From NCBI GenBank assembly GCA_013388645.1, contig JACAEV010000197.1:1-62059 (forward strand): 62,059 bases of DNA, read 5' to 3'. Source of the stretch: Syntrophaceae bacterium. Lineage in GTDB: Bacteria; Desulfobacterota; BSN033; UBA1163. Shown one piece after another: positions 29,100 through 38,634 of the stretch. Position 1 is the first letter of the stretch. Every line of letters starts with the position of its first letter. The translations under genes were made by a program, and so were the position numbers. The notes beneath the pieces were generated by a model. That model did not search any database. It saw only the letters and a program-made list of their open reading frames with translations, and was not told where the DNA came from.

Positions 29100-30314
29100 A
29101 TGAGGGCTCTTAAGATGATAGGATTGTCTATTGTATTTTTGGTTTTTGTATCTATATCTATTTCTTCCTTCGGAGCTGAGAGAGAGGTTGCTTATTTAAG
29201 CTTGGGAGACTACACTGGACCATCTGCTAATACTGGGATCCCCGCCGATAGCGGTTGTGAAGATGGGTTCAAGTATATTAACGACAAAGGAGGAATCCAG
29301 GGTGTAAAGGTAAAATTTATACCGGTGGACACACGTTATGAGGTCGCCAGAGCGGTATCGGCTTACAAACAATTGCGCAAGACACCTAAACTCTTGGTAG
29401 TCGGTTGCCCAGGTACTGCTGTTGGAAAGGGGATCGCGCCTCTGGCTAATGCGGACAAGTTGGTGCAGCTTGCCGTCGCAGATGGCGAATTTGTAGCCAA
29501 CGTTAGTCGTACCTTCATCTGGGGCCAGTGTTACCAAGATGTTTTTGGCAGCATGTTGGACTGGATGGTGAAGGACTGGAGGCAAAAGGGTAAGGCGGGG
29601 TCGCCCACCGTCGGGTATATTTCCTGGGATAATGCTTATGGGAGAGAGGCTCTTCGAGGTGGAAAAGAGTATGCAGAAAAGATTGGGGTTAAGCTTCTCC
29701 CGCCGAAGTTATTCCCCCCAGGAACAGCTGACCACAGTCAGTATTTGGCTTTTTTAAAGGATGCCGATTACATCTTTGCCGGGACGCCTGACCCCACTCC
29801 AGCCGCCGTAATAAGGGACGCTTACCGGCTTGGTATGACCAAGAACATTCAGTTTTTTTGTGACACGTTTGGGCCGACAATGTCCGGAGGAGTAAAAGCA
29901 TACAATAAAGAACTGCAGGGAACCATAGTGGTAAGCTGGTTCCTCAGAGGCCTTGAAGCTCGGAATCATCCATTAGCTAAAGAGCTATGGACGAAGTACC
30001 GTAAAAGACCAATGAGCGAGATGTCGCCTCTTTATCAAATAGGTATTGTTTGGGCTCTAAACTATGCAGCTGCCCTTGAGATCGCACTAAAGGAAGTCGG
30101 TTATGATAAAATAACACCAGATGATATGTATAAGGCATATCAGAAGCTCACAGGACGAAATATCTCTCAGGGGATGCAAGGATTATGCGCTTACAGTCCC
30201 ACCTCAAGACGTGGGAGTGAAGAAGTTAAATTCTACCAGGTGAAAGGGGAGGAACTAGTTCCTATCTCAGGATGGACTAAGTGCCCAGATACCGTCTCGC
30301 TTCATAAATTCTAA
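29100..30314 (+). CDS. Substrate-binding protein (LivK/Peripla_BP_6 type), highly diverged from the 20340..21551 copy
   Basis: 404 aa. It has a signal peptide, 'GFKYINDKGGIQGVKVKFIPVDTRYE' and a strong AAAGGAGG RBS. Confidence 0.8.
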   Translation: MRALKMIGLSIVFLVFVSISISSFGAEREVAYLSLGDYTGPSANTGIPADSGCEDGFKYINDKGGIQGVKVKFIPVDTRYEVARAVSAYKQLRKTPKLLVVGCPGTAVGKGIAPLANADKLVQLAVADGEFVANVSRTFIWGQCYQDVFGSMLDWMVKDWRQKGKAGSPTVGYISWDNAYGREALRGGKEYAEKIGVKLLPPKLFPPGTADHSQYLAFLKDADYIFAGTPDPTPAAVIRDAYRLGMTKNIQFFCDTFGPTMSGGVKAYNKELQGTIVVSWFLRGLEARNHPLAKELWTKYRKRPMSEMSPLYQIGIVWALNYAAALEIALKEVGYDKITPDDMYKAYQKLTGRNISQGMQGLCAYSPTSRRGSEEVKFYQVKGEELVPISGWTKCPDTVSLHKF

Positions 30315-30351
30315 CCAGTTGACCTAAGCAAAAGAGAAAGGAGGAAGCAAA

Positions 30352-30852
30352 ATGAATCTTTTTTCTGCGAAATGGATGGTGATTGTTTTAATGGTCCTAT
30401 TTTCTATCTCGTTCTCATCTGGCACATTGTCAGCTCAGGCGAAATTAACGATCAAACCTGACAAAACAGTTTTGTCCCAACAACTCCTTAAAGAACCTAT
30501 TAAGTTTTTCGGATCAGGTTGGGGAGCAGGGGAGACCGTAGTGATAGAATTGTTAATTCCCAAAGGGATAGAAATGAGAGGCCTTGGTAAAGAAGAAGAC
30601 AGGGTAGGCATTGCGGTTGGCACTTGTAATGAAAAGGGGGATTTCGAAACGACAATGGGTACCCTCGCCACACTAAATTGGTTTTTTCAGGTAGCCTGGA
30701 TATTTGATGATAAAACCACATCCATGAAGTCAAGTTTTGAAAAGGCTAATCCTCTCCCTCCTGGGGAATATGAAATTTTAGCGACCGGAGCAATCACTGA
30801 TAAGGAATGCCGTGTTTATTTCGAAATATTGCCACACACAAAAGGGCAATAG
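30352..30852 (+). CDS. Secreted hypothetical protein (166 aa) inside ABC module 2
   Basis: A strong GAAAGGAGGAAG RBS and a signal peptide 'MNLFSAKWMVIVLMVLFSISFSSGTLSAQA'. I recognised no family motif. Confidence 0.6.
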   Translation: MNLFSAKWMVIVLMVLFSISFSSGTLSAQAKLTIKPDKTVLSQQLLKEPIKFFGSGWGAGETVVIELLIPKGIEMRGLGKEEDRVGIAVGTCNEKGDFETTMGTLATLNWFFQVAWIFDDKTTSMKSSFEKANPLPPGEYEILATGAITDKECRVYFEILPHTKGQ

Positions 30853-31095
30853 GAACCAAGTAGAATTCAAGCTTAGGAAACTATAATACTGTCGAGTGAG
30901 GAGTTTTGGATAGTCCGGTCTTTATTGCTTTTGTATTAGCAAGAATATAATGTACGACCGAATTGCGAAACCTATTTTCTTTTAGTTTTCCTTCCGTCGA
31001 TAGATTATTCATAAAAATCGGGAGAATGAGCTTTAATCTAAAAAGCTTGAGTTAAGGTGGGTATCCTGTATTACTCCAATTTTGGAGGTTAGCGA

Positions 31096-31902
31096 ATGAG
31101 TGTTATCCTCAGCCTAAAAAATATCGAAGTGACATATAGCGAAGTCATCTTAGTCGTTAAAGGTGTGACCCTGGAGGTTCAAGAAGGAAGCATTGTCACA
31201 CTTTTAGGTGCAAATGGTGCTGGTAAAACTACAATCCTGAAGGCGATCTCTGGCCTTCTGGTCTCGGAACTGGGAAAAGTTACTGAGGGAAGTATTGAAT
31301 TTAGGGGAATTCCTATTCAGAGAGAAAGCCCGGAAAATATTGTCAAGATGGGAATAGTTCATGTAATGGAGGGACGTCCTTCATTTGATCAATTGACCGT
31401 GGAAGAAAATCTCATAGTGGGTGCGTCGTCTCGAACAAATAGACCGACAGAGATTAAGAAGGACCTTGAAAGGATCTATAGTTATTTTCCTAAGCTCAAG
31501 GCTTTGCGAAAAAAGATTAGTGGGTATATTTCCGGAGGGGAGAAGCAAATGCTGGTAGTTGGGCGGGGACTAATGGCACACCCCAAGATGATGTTATTAG
31601 ATGAGCCCTCTCTTGGTCTTGCTCCTCTTATTGTTAAGGAGATATTTGAGATTATTGAATTCGTTAATAAGGAAGCAGGTACTTCAATTCTTTTAGTCGA
31701 ACAGAATGCCTTGGCAGCTCTTTCCATTTCGAGTTATGGATACATCATGGAAAATGGAAGGATCGTAATGGATGGTGTGGCAGCTAACCTGAAAGATAAC
31801 GAGGATATTCGGGAATTCTATTTAGGACTCAGCAAAGTTGGAAAAAGGAAAAGCTATAGGCATGTCAAGCATTATCGTCGCAGAAAAAGATGGTTAGGTT
31901 AA
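31096..31902 (+). CDS. ABC transporter ATP-binding protein, LivF-like, with a basic C-terminal tail (paralog of 14754..15548)
   Basis: Motifs 'GANGAGKTT', 'ISGGEKQML' and 'MMLLDEPS'. The tail is 'LGLSKVGKRKSYRHVKHYRRRKRWLG'. Confidence 0.9.
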   Translation: MSVILSLKNIEVTYSEVILVVKGVTLEVQEGSIVTLLGANGAGKTTILKAISGLLVSELGKVTEGSIEFRGIPIQRESPENIVKMGIVHVMEGRPSFDQLTVEENLIVGASSRTNRPTEIKKDLERIYSYFPKLKALRKKISGYISGGEKQMLVVGRGLMAHPKMMLLDEPSLGLAPLIVKEIFEIIEFVNKEAGTSILLVEQNALAALSISSYGYIMENGRIVMDGVAANLKDNEDIREFYLGLSKVGKRKSYRHVKHYRRRKRWLG

Positions 31903-31956
31903 GTAAGTTTTTTCCGCGGTTATCTACTTCTATTCTTTTGAGAGGGGAGGGATAGG

Positions 31957-33561
31957 ATGGAGAGCAGTAAATGGGTAAATGTGGGGAAGATTTTGGAAAT
32001 GCATGCTAGCCACTTTCCAGATAAGCTTGGATGGAAGGACAAATACAAAAGTTTCAACTTTAGAAAATGGAACGAACGGGCATGCAGGCTTGCCCATGGG
32101 CTTACGAGCATCGGAATTGGTAGGCAAGATAGATTGGCTGTTTTAGCTTACAATAGAGGCGAGTGGATGGAATTCTATGCGGGGTGCGCAAAAGGATCAC
32201 TAATAGTCGTTCCTATATTGTTTCGCTTAGCACCGCCAGAGATTGAATATATTGTCACTCATGCAGAGTGTAAGGGATTTATAATTGAAAAGCCTTTTGT
32301 AGATACCGTGAATAGCCTTAAAGGGAAACTCCCCGTACCCAAGGATGCTTACATCTATTTGGGAGAGAAGCCCGTACCCAAGGGTTATATCTATTATGAG
32401 GACCTTATCTCTCAATCATCTCCTGCTGTGCCAGATTTAACCGTGCTTGGAGACGACACATGGACCATTATGTACACTTCCGGGACAACAGGAAAACCAA
32501 AAGGCGTGGTCATGACACATGAGACTTATCAAAGATGGTTTGCAGTGATGGGCATGAACATGCCTGTTGAGCCCACTGACAGACCCCTCATTGTAATGCC
32601 TATGTGCCATATTAACTCACTGTTCTTCTCTTTTCGACATACAATGGTATCTGCTCCAGTGTTTATTCATAACATGATCAGCTTTGATCCTGAGGAACTA
32701 CTCAGAACGATAGAAAAAAACCGCATTACTTTTACTTCTTTAGTTCCAACCCAATATGTCATGATTCTTGATCTCCCAGATGAGGTTAAAAAAAAATATG
32801 ATGTTTCATCCGTAAAACATCTTATGATCTCCTCGGCCCCAGCAGATAAAGATCTTAAGCGCGCTATTATGAATTTTTTTAAGAATGCCAAATTATGGGA
32901 GGGATATGGTTCAACTGAGACCTGTACTGTTACACTCCTAAGGCCTGAGGATCAGCTTGAGAAGTTGGGGACGATAGGGAGAGAGATTTTCGGTACCGAT
33001 AGAATCAAACTTCTTGATGAAAATAGAATGGAAGTGCCTGATGGCGAAGTAGGGGAATTGTTTTCAAGAACGCCTGCCTATTTCAAGGAGTATTTTAAAG
33101 ATCCAGAAAAAACAAAAGAGGGATTTGAGGGAGAGTGGTTTTCAGTGGGAGATATGGCTAGGAGGGATAAAGACAGCTACTATATTCTGGTTGACAGAAA
33201 GGCGAACATGATCATAACCGGAGGCGAAAATTTATATCCGTCCGAGGTAGAGCAGATTATTAGGGAGCATCCGGCTATTCAGGATGTTGTAGTCATAGGT
33301 GTCCCTGATAGGAAATGGGGCGAGGCCATAAAGGCTATTGTGGTTTTAAAAGAGAGCTGGGAAGCGAGCTCGGATCTGGAAAAAGAAATTATCGATTTCA
33401 GCAAGAATAAACTCGCCAGTTACAAAAGGCCGAAATCTATTGACTTCCTTAAAGCGGATGAGATGCCAAGAACGGCAACAGGCAAGATTAAGTATGCAAG
33501 TCTAAGGAAAAGATATGGAAGTTGGGGTGAAAAACATGAAAGTGGAGAAAACAATTTATAA
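31957..33561 (+). CDS. AMP-forming acyl-CoA synthetase
   Basis: 534 aa. Motifs 'IMYTSGTTGKPKGVVMTH', 'GYGSTET', 'GDMARRDKDSYYILVDRKANMI' and 'GGENLYPSEVE'. Confidence 0.85.
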   Translation: MESSKWVNVGKILEMHASHFPDKLGWKDKYKSFNFRKWNERACRLAHGLTSIGIGRQDRLAVLAYNRGEWMEFYAGCAKGSLIVVPILFRLAPPEIEYIVTHAECKGFIIEKPFVDTVNSLKGKLPVPKDAYIYLGEKPVPKGYIYYEDLISQSSPAVPDLTVLGDDTWTIMYTSGTTGKPKGVVMTHETYQRWFAVMGMNMPVEPTDRPLIVMPMCHINSLFFSFRHTMVSAPVFIHNMISFDPEELLRTIEKNRITFTSLVPTQYVMILDLPDEVKKKYDVSSVKHLMISSAPADKDLKRAIMNFFKNAKLWEGYGSTETCTVTLLRPEDQLEKLGTIGREIFGTDRIKLLDENRMEVPDGEVGELFSRTPAYFKEYFKDPEKTKEGFEGEWFSVGDMARRDKDSYYILVDRKANMIITGGENLYPSEVEQIIREHPAIQDVVVIGVPDRKWGEAIKAIVVLKESWEASSDLEKEIIDFSKNKLASYKRPKSIDFLKADEMPRTATGKIKYASLRKRYGSWGEKHESGENNL

Positions 33562-33582
33562 AAATGAACTTAAGGAAAGAAT

Positions 33583-35481
33583 ATGAGCGCCGAAACAATT
33601 GCAATGGCATCTCCAGGAACCGAGGGATATGTTTTGGGAAATGAAGCGGTCGCCAGAGGCGCAATTGAGTCAGGAGTATGGTTTGTTGCCTGCTATCCTG
33701 GGACACCATCTTCAGAGATATCGGATACCCTATGCAAGCTTTCTGGAGAATTTGGGTATGAATTCGAGTATTCCGCGAATGAAATCGTTGCAACTGAAGC
33801 CGCGGCAGGAGTTGCCTTATTTGGTGGTAAAAGCATGGTGATTTTCAAGGGGGCTGGGTTTTTCGTTGCCTCCGATGCATTGTTCCATCTGGTATTGGGT
33901 AGATTGTGTGGCCCCATGGTGATAGTCGCCTGTGATGATCCCTCGATGCACAGCTCAAGCGATGAAGTGGATCTGCGAATGCTCGCACAAGCCGGGTCAA
34001 TTATTACTTTGGTCCCGTCGAACGTAACCGACGCAAAAGAGATGACCATAGAGGCATTCAAGCTTTCCGAGCTGATGCGTGTGCCCGTATTGATACGTAT
34101 GAGCACACGCTTGTGCCATCAAAGGGGATTTATTAAGCTCGGCGATATACCCAAGAGAAGGGATAATAGGATGGATTGGGATCTCTTAAAAGGTAAATGG
34201 GAGCGCTTTGTTCCCATGGGGGGAGATCCCGTAAGGGGAGAGATGTTAAAGAGCATCGAAGTTATTAGGAGAACGAAAAACATTTTTGAAGACAATAAGT
34301 TAAATAAGCTTGTTAGGGCTAAGTCGGATATCGGTATATTGACCTGTGGCGTCACTTACGGTTACAGCCAAGAAGCAATAAAATTATTGGATATCGAAGC
34401 TTCTATGCTTAATGTGGGGACCATTTACCCACTTCCTGAAAAACTACTAAAAGAATTTATTCAAGAGCTAAAAACTCTCATTGTTGTCGAAGAATTGAGA
34501 CCCTATCTGGAGTCATACATCAGAGCTTTAGCCAAGGATGTAAAACCAGACCTACAGATCTTTGGGAAATGGAATGGCTATTTTCCACAGGCTTTTGAGT
34601 ATGATACGACAATAGTGATGAACTCCATCTCAAAGGCCATGAATATAAATGTGCCGATGGAGTACAAAGAGATAGAGAAGAGAACGGATTTCGTTAAAGA
34701 GTTTACTTTTCCACGAGATCCAGTATTTTGTCCCGGATGTCCGCACAGAGCTACATTTTACGCCGTTAAAAAAGTTACCAAAGATAAAGCGATCATTACG
34801 CAGGATGTTGGGTGTTATTCGATAGGGCTAACTCCTCCTTTCAAAATGGGAGACATTGTACTTTGCATGGGTGGATCCATAGGTGTCGCCTGCGGAATAA
34901 GTTATTTCAATGATAGACCTATCATCGGTTTTATTGGGGATTCAACTTTTTTCCATGCTGGTCTACCAGGCCTTATCAATGCCGTCCATAATCAAGCAGA
35001 TTTCACTCTAATTATTCTGGATAACGGAACAACTGGAATGACCGGATTCCAACCACATCCTGGGAATGATAGTCGAGGGAGAGAAAGGCTTGCCAAGAAG
35101 ATTGACATAGAAAATATTGTTAAGGCTATTGGTGTAGAAGATATAAAAGTGGTTGATAGCTATAATATAAAGGAGTTGATGGATGCGACTAGCGATGCAA
35201 TAGCTTTTAGAGGAGTATCCGTTATTATCTCCAGAAGGGCCTGTTCCATAATAAGTCGAAGAGAAAACCAGAGGAAAGGCCTAAAGGTTGTTGCTTATCA
35301 AATAGATTCGAATAAGTGTGAAGGTTGTTGGCTCTGTATTGAAAAATTCGGGTGTCCTGCTATTGAAAGGGATGGAGAAGTTGTAAAAATTCTTTCTGAA
35401 TCCTGTAATGGATGCAGCGTTTGTGCTCAAATTTGTCCATTCAATGCCATCTTTAAAGAGGATACCAATGGACAAATATGA
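33583..35481 (+). CDS. iorA: Indolepyruvate:ferredoxin oxidoreductase alpha subunit
   Basis: 632 aa. Motifs 'GNEAVARGAIESGVWFVACYPGTPSSEI' and the TPP region 'GDSTFFHAGLPGLINAVHN'. The C-terminal 2x[4Fe-4S] motifs are 'CEGCWLCIEKFGCP' and 'CNGCSVCAQICP'. Confidence 0.88.
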   Translation: MSAETIAMASPGTEGYVLGNEAVARGAIESGVWFVACYPGTPSSEISDTLCKLSGEFGYEFEYSANEIVATEAAAGVALFGGKSMVIFKGAGFFVASDALFHLVLGRLCGPMVIVACDDPSMHSSSDEVDLRMLAQAGSIITLVPSNVTDAKEMTIEAFKLSELMRVPVLIRMSTRLCHQRGFIKLGDIPKRRDNRMDWDLLKGKWERFVPMGGDPVRGEMLKSIEVIRRTKNIFEDNKLNKLVRAKSDIGILTCGVTYGYSQEAIKLLDIEASMLNVGTIYPLPEKLLKEFIQELKTLIVVEELRPYLESYIRALAKDVKPDLQIFGKWNGYFPQAFEYDTTIVMNSISKAMNINVPMEYKEIEKRTDFVKEFTFPRDPVFCPGCPHRATFYAVKKVTKDKAIITQDVGCYSIGLTPPFKMGDIVLCMGGSIGVACGISYFNDRPIIGFIGDSTFFHAGLPGLINAVHNQADFTLIILDNGTTGMTGFQPHPGNDSRGRERLAKKIDIENIVKAIGVEDIKVVDSYNIKELMDATSDAIAFRGVSVIISRRACSIISRRENQRKGLKVVAYQIDSNKCEGCWLCIEKFGCPAIERDGEVVKILSESCNGCSVCAQICPFNAIFKEDTNGQI

Positions 35482-36073
35482 GATATTAGTCGCTGGTGTT
35501 GGGGGACAAGGGGTTATTTTTATTAGCAATGTATTAGGATACGCAGCTCAACGTGCTGGTTATAAAAGAGTTGTGGGTGGAGAAATTCATGGCCTGGCCC
35601 AAAGGGGGGGGAGTGTCGCAAGCTACGTCAGGTTTGGAGAAGGTGTTTACGGACCGATTGTACCGTTGGGCTGTGCCGATATAATCATAGGTCTAGAGTT
35701 TATGGAAGGATTAAGACACATTAATCGATTGTCGAAAAATGGCGCACTTGTACTCTCCAATGTTAGGGTACCCACAATGGGTATGATGGTCAATAATCTT
35801 GCATACCCCAATTCGTTAAATGTTTTATCTAAATTACAGACGTTATTTGATAGAGTATTTTTATTCGAATCTCGGAACACCCCATGTCATTTTGGAAGTT
35901 TGGGTTTGGAAAATATGATCCTCTTGGGTGCAATCGTTAACCATTTTCTTGATTTCCCGATTGGAGAGGAAGATATCCAAGAAAGTATTAAAACGCTTAC
36001 TAAGAAAAATATGGTTGAAAGAAATTTAGAAGCTTTTCAAGCAGGGATGAAACTTCGCCCCTTAATAACATAA
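35468..36073 (+). CDS. iorB: Indolepyruvate:ferredoxin oxidoreductase beta subunit
   Basis: 'MDKYEILVAGVGGQGVIFISNVLGYAA...GEIHGLAQRGGSV'. ATG 35468 overlaps the iorA stop by 14 nt. The track ORF starts further upstream, inside iorA. Confidence 0.85.
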   Translation: MDKYEILVAGVGGQGVIFISNVLGYAAQRAGYKRVVGGEIHGLAQRGGSVASYVRFGEGVYGPIVPLGCADIIIGLEFMEGLRHINRLSKNGALVLSNVRVPTMGMMVNNLAYPNSLNVLSKLQTLFDRVFLFESRNTPCHFGSLGLENMILLGAIVNHFLDFPIGEEDIQESIKTLTKKNMVERNLEAFQAGMKLRPLIT

Positions 36074-36096
36074 ATGGAAATATTTGAATTGTCATA

Positions 36097-37251
36097 ATGC
36101 CAAGAAATAATGTTTTCAGCAAAGTTGAACGGTATTATAGAGACTATGGTGCCAGGGCGAAGGAACTGAAGGCTCAAGGGATAAAGGTAATCGCCTATCT
36201 TTGTTCTCTTACTCCCATAGAAATCATAACAGCAGCGGGATTCCTGCCTTTAAGAATAAGAGGTGACACCAGAGAACCTATAACCATAGGAGATACAAAA
36301 TTAGAGACTATAGCGTGTCCTTTTTTGAGAAGTTGCTTTGATGTTTCACTTAAAGGAAGATATGATTTTTGTGATGGTCTGATTATTCCGCATGCATGCG
36401 ATAGCATTACAAGAACGTATAGCGTCTGGCGTTATTCGATTGGAATAACTTATTCTCATTTTGTAAATCTACCTCATAAAGTCAGCGAGACATCGTTGAA
36501 ATTCTTTAAGGCGGAGCTGACAACATTCAAAAATAGCCTCGAAAGGTTTGCTGACAAGAAGATCTCAGATGAAGCCCTAGCGGAAGCGATAGATTTGAAT
36601 GTAGAAAATCGAAAGAAAGTAAAGGCTTTATATCAATCAAGGAAATCCAACCCACCCCCTATTTCAGGGGCTGAAATAGGAAAAATATTAACCGCTGGTA
36701 TGGGTTTACCTGTGTCTGAATCGAATGAGTTGTTTGATGAGTGTTTAAGGCAGATCAAGCTAAAAAAAGAGATTCCTTTGAAGAAAAGACCTCGGATCAT
36801 GATTTTAGGTAGTTGTTTGGACAATGTTGACCTTATTACTTTTGTTGAGGATGCCGGTGCTGATGTTGTTGTTGATAGCTTATGTATGGGAACGAGAGAT
36901 TACTGGCGCGATATCGGATCTGTGGATGATCCAATGCGTGCAATTGCGCTTCTATATCTGAATAAAATGAATTGTCCCAGGACCTACAGAGAGAAGGTGG
37001 GTAAGAAATTTAGGGAGGATGCAGAGGCAAGATTCGGTGATATCGGTTTGTTAATTAATGAATTCAAGGTCGAGGGTGTCATTCTGTATGTTTATAGAAA
37101 CTGCGACCCATTTGGTTTTGAAGTACCCGCAAGAAAGGAATATCTTTCTTCGCTTCATATCCCAGTTCTATACCTGGAAGGTGAATACTCTTCAGGAGCT
37201 ATTGGGCATTTAAAGACAAGGATCAAGGCATTTCTTGAGTTGATTGGATAG
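36097..37251 (+). CDS. HGD-D family protein (2-hydroxyacyl-CoA dehydratase / benzoyl-CoA reductase BcrC-BadD-HgdB family), smaller subunit
   Basis: 384 aa. Motifs 'YYRDYGARAKELKAQGIKVIAYLCSLTPIEIITAAGFLPLRIRG', 'ETIACPFLRSCFD', 'PHACDSITRTY' and 'RNCDPFGFE'. Confidence 0.8.
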   Translation: MPRNNVFSKVERYYRDYGARAKELKAQGIKVIAYLCSLTPIEIITAAGFLPLRIRGDTREPITIGDTKLETIACPFLRSCFDVSLKGRYDFCDGLIIPHACDSITRTYSVWRYSIGITYSHFVNLPHKVSETSLKFFKAELTTFKNSLERFADKKISDEALAEAIDLNVENRKKVKALYQSRKSNPPPISGAEIGKILTAGMGLPVSESNELFDECLRQIKLKKEIPLKKRPRIMILGSCLDNVDLITFVEDAGADVVVDSLCMGTRDYWRDIGSVDDPMRAIALLYLNKMNCPRTYREKVGKKFREDAEARFGDIGLLINEFKVEGVILYVYRNCDPFGFEVPARKEYLSSLHIPVLYLEGEYSSGAIGHLKTRIKAFLELIG

Positions 37252-37262
37252 GAAAAAGCGGA

Positions 37263-38615
37263 ATGACTGACATACAAAACAATGCTGGAAGAGGAAGAAG
37301 AAGAGGACATGCTACGCGAGCTGCGACTAAGATTCCCTACATGGTGAAAAGCTCCATCATCGATACTTTAAAGGCGAAAGAAAAGGGGAAAATCCTCGCC
37401 TACACATTTGTTTATTGTTGCTACGATGAAATTATAAGGGCCATGGATATAATACCTATTTGGACTGAGAATTACTCTGGAGTATGCGGCGCTAAGAGGG
37501 ATGCCGAAAGATTCCTTAGTAGGGCTGAATCATTGGGATTTTCACGTTCTCTTTGCACTTATGCATTATGTGGAATAGGCTTTGACCAATGGCGGGAAGA
37601 ACTCGGTACTATGCCTCAGGATGCTCCTTGGGGGGGGCAGATGAAGCCCGATCTTATGTTATCAAGTGGGCAGGTCATTTGTGATCCGAGGTATAAATGG
37701 TATCAGGCAGTACAACAATATATGCCAGATGTCCCCATTTATACTGTTGATTTACCATGGCCTGTTTATGAGGATGATTTGGATTTACCTTCTGTTGAAT
37801 CCTATTATATTGAATATCTTAAGGAAGAATTGCATGGGCTGGTTAAGTTTTTGGAGAAGCATACTGGAAGAAAGATGAATTGGGACAAGCTGAGTGAGTT
37901 AGTTGATTTGACCGAAAGGACATGGAATTTAATCTGGGAGACATATGAACTCAGACGGACTGTTCCTACACCTATGGATACAGGAGATGCGATGAACACG
38001 ATGGTGCCCATCCTTTATATGATGGGTACCCAGGAAGGATATGACTTCTTTTTAGAATTAAATAAAGAGCTAAAGGAGAAAATTAAGAGGAAAGAAGGGG
38101 TTATTTCGAATGAAAAATTTAGACTACTATGGGGTGGTGGATTACCCCCATGGTTCGCCTTAGGTGACTTTAATTATTTTAACAGTAAGGGAGCTGTTTT
38201 TCCGGTTGAGGTAACCTATCGCGTCATTGAACCTATCAATGACCTGAACATACCTAATACGAATGGTCCTGTTGAACGTATAGCCTGGAGGTGGCTTAGG
38301 TATTGGACGTATTGGTACAAGAAGGCAAAAAGTAGGCCAGGCTCTGAGCCAGACGTAGAACGTTTAATACAATACATTGAAGACTACCGAATCGATGGTG
38401 TTGTCGTGCACTTAGCCTCTTCGTGTCGAACAGCACATCTGAGTCTTATTTGGCAATTAAGTCAATTAAAAAAGATATACAAACAAATCCCTTGCTTATT
38501 TCTAGAGAGTGATATGATCGATATAAAGCAATATTCAAAATTACATACAAGAAATATGATAGATGCGTTCATTGAAATCTTGGAATCCAACAAAGAAAAA
38601 AGGGGAAATTGCTAA
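37263..38615 (+). CDS. HGD-D family protein (HgdA/BcrB-like), larger subunit
   Basis: 450 aa. Motifs 'ILAYTFVYCCYDEIIRAMDIIPIWTENYSGVCGAKRDAERFLSRAESLGFSRSLCTYALCGIG' and 'DGVVVHLASSCRTAHLS'. Confidence 0.78.
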   Translation: MTDIQNNAGRGRRRGHATRAATKIPYMVKSSIIDTLKAKEKGKILAYTFVYCCYDEIIRAMDIIPIWTENYSGVCGAKRDAERFLSRAESLGFSRSLCTYALCGIGFDQWREELGTMPQDAPWGGQMKPDLMLSSGQVICDPRYKWYQAVQQYMPDVPIYTVDLPWPVYEDDLDLPSVESYYIEYLKEELHGLVKFLEKHTGRKMNWDKLSELVDLTERTWNLIWETYELRRTVPTPMDTGDAMNTMVPILYMMGTQEGYDFFLELNKELKEKIKRKEGVISNEKFRLLWGGGLPPWFALGDFNYFNSKGAVFPVEVTYRVIEPINDLNIPNTNGPVERIAWRWLRYWTYWYKKAKSRPGSEPDVERLIQYIEDYRIDGVVVHLASSCRTAHLSLIWQLSQLKKIYKQIPCLFLESDMIDIKQYSKLHTRNMIDAFIEILESNKEKRGNC

Positions 38616-38634
38616 GTTTCAGTAGGAGAGTTAA

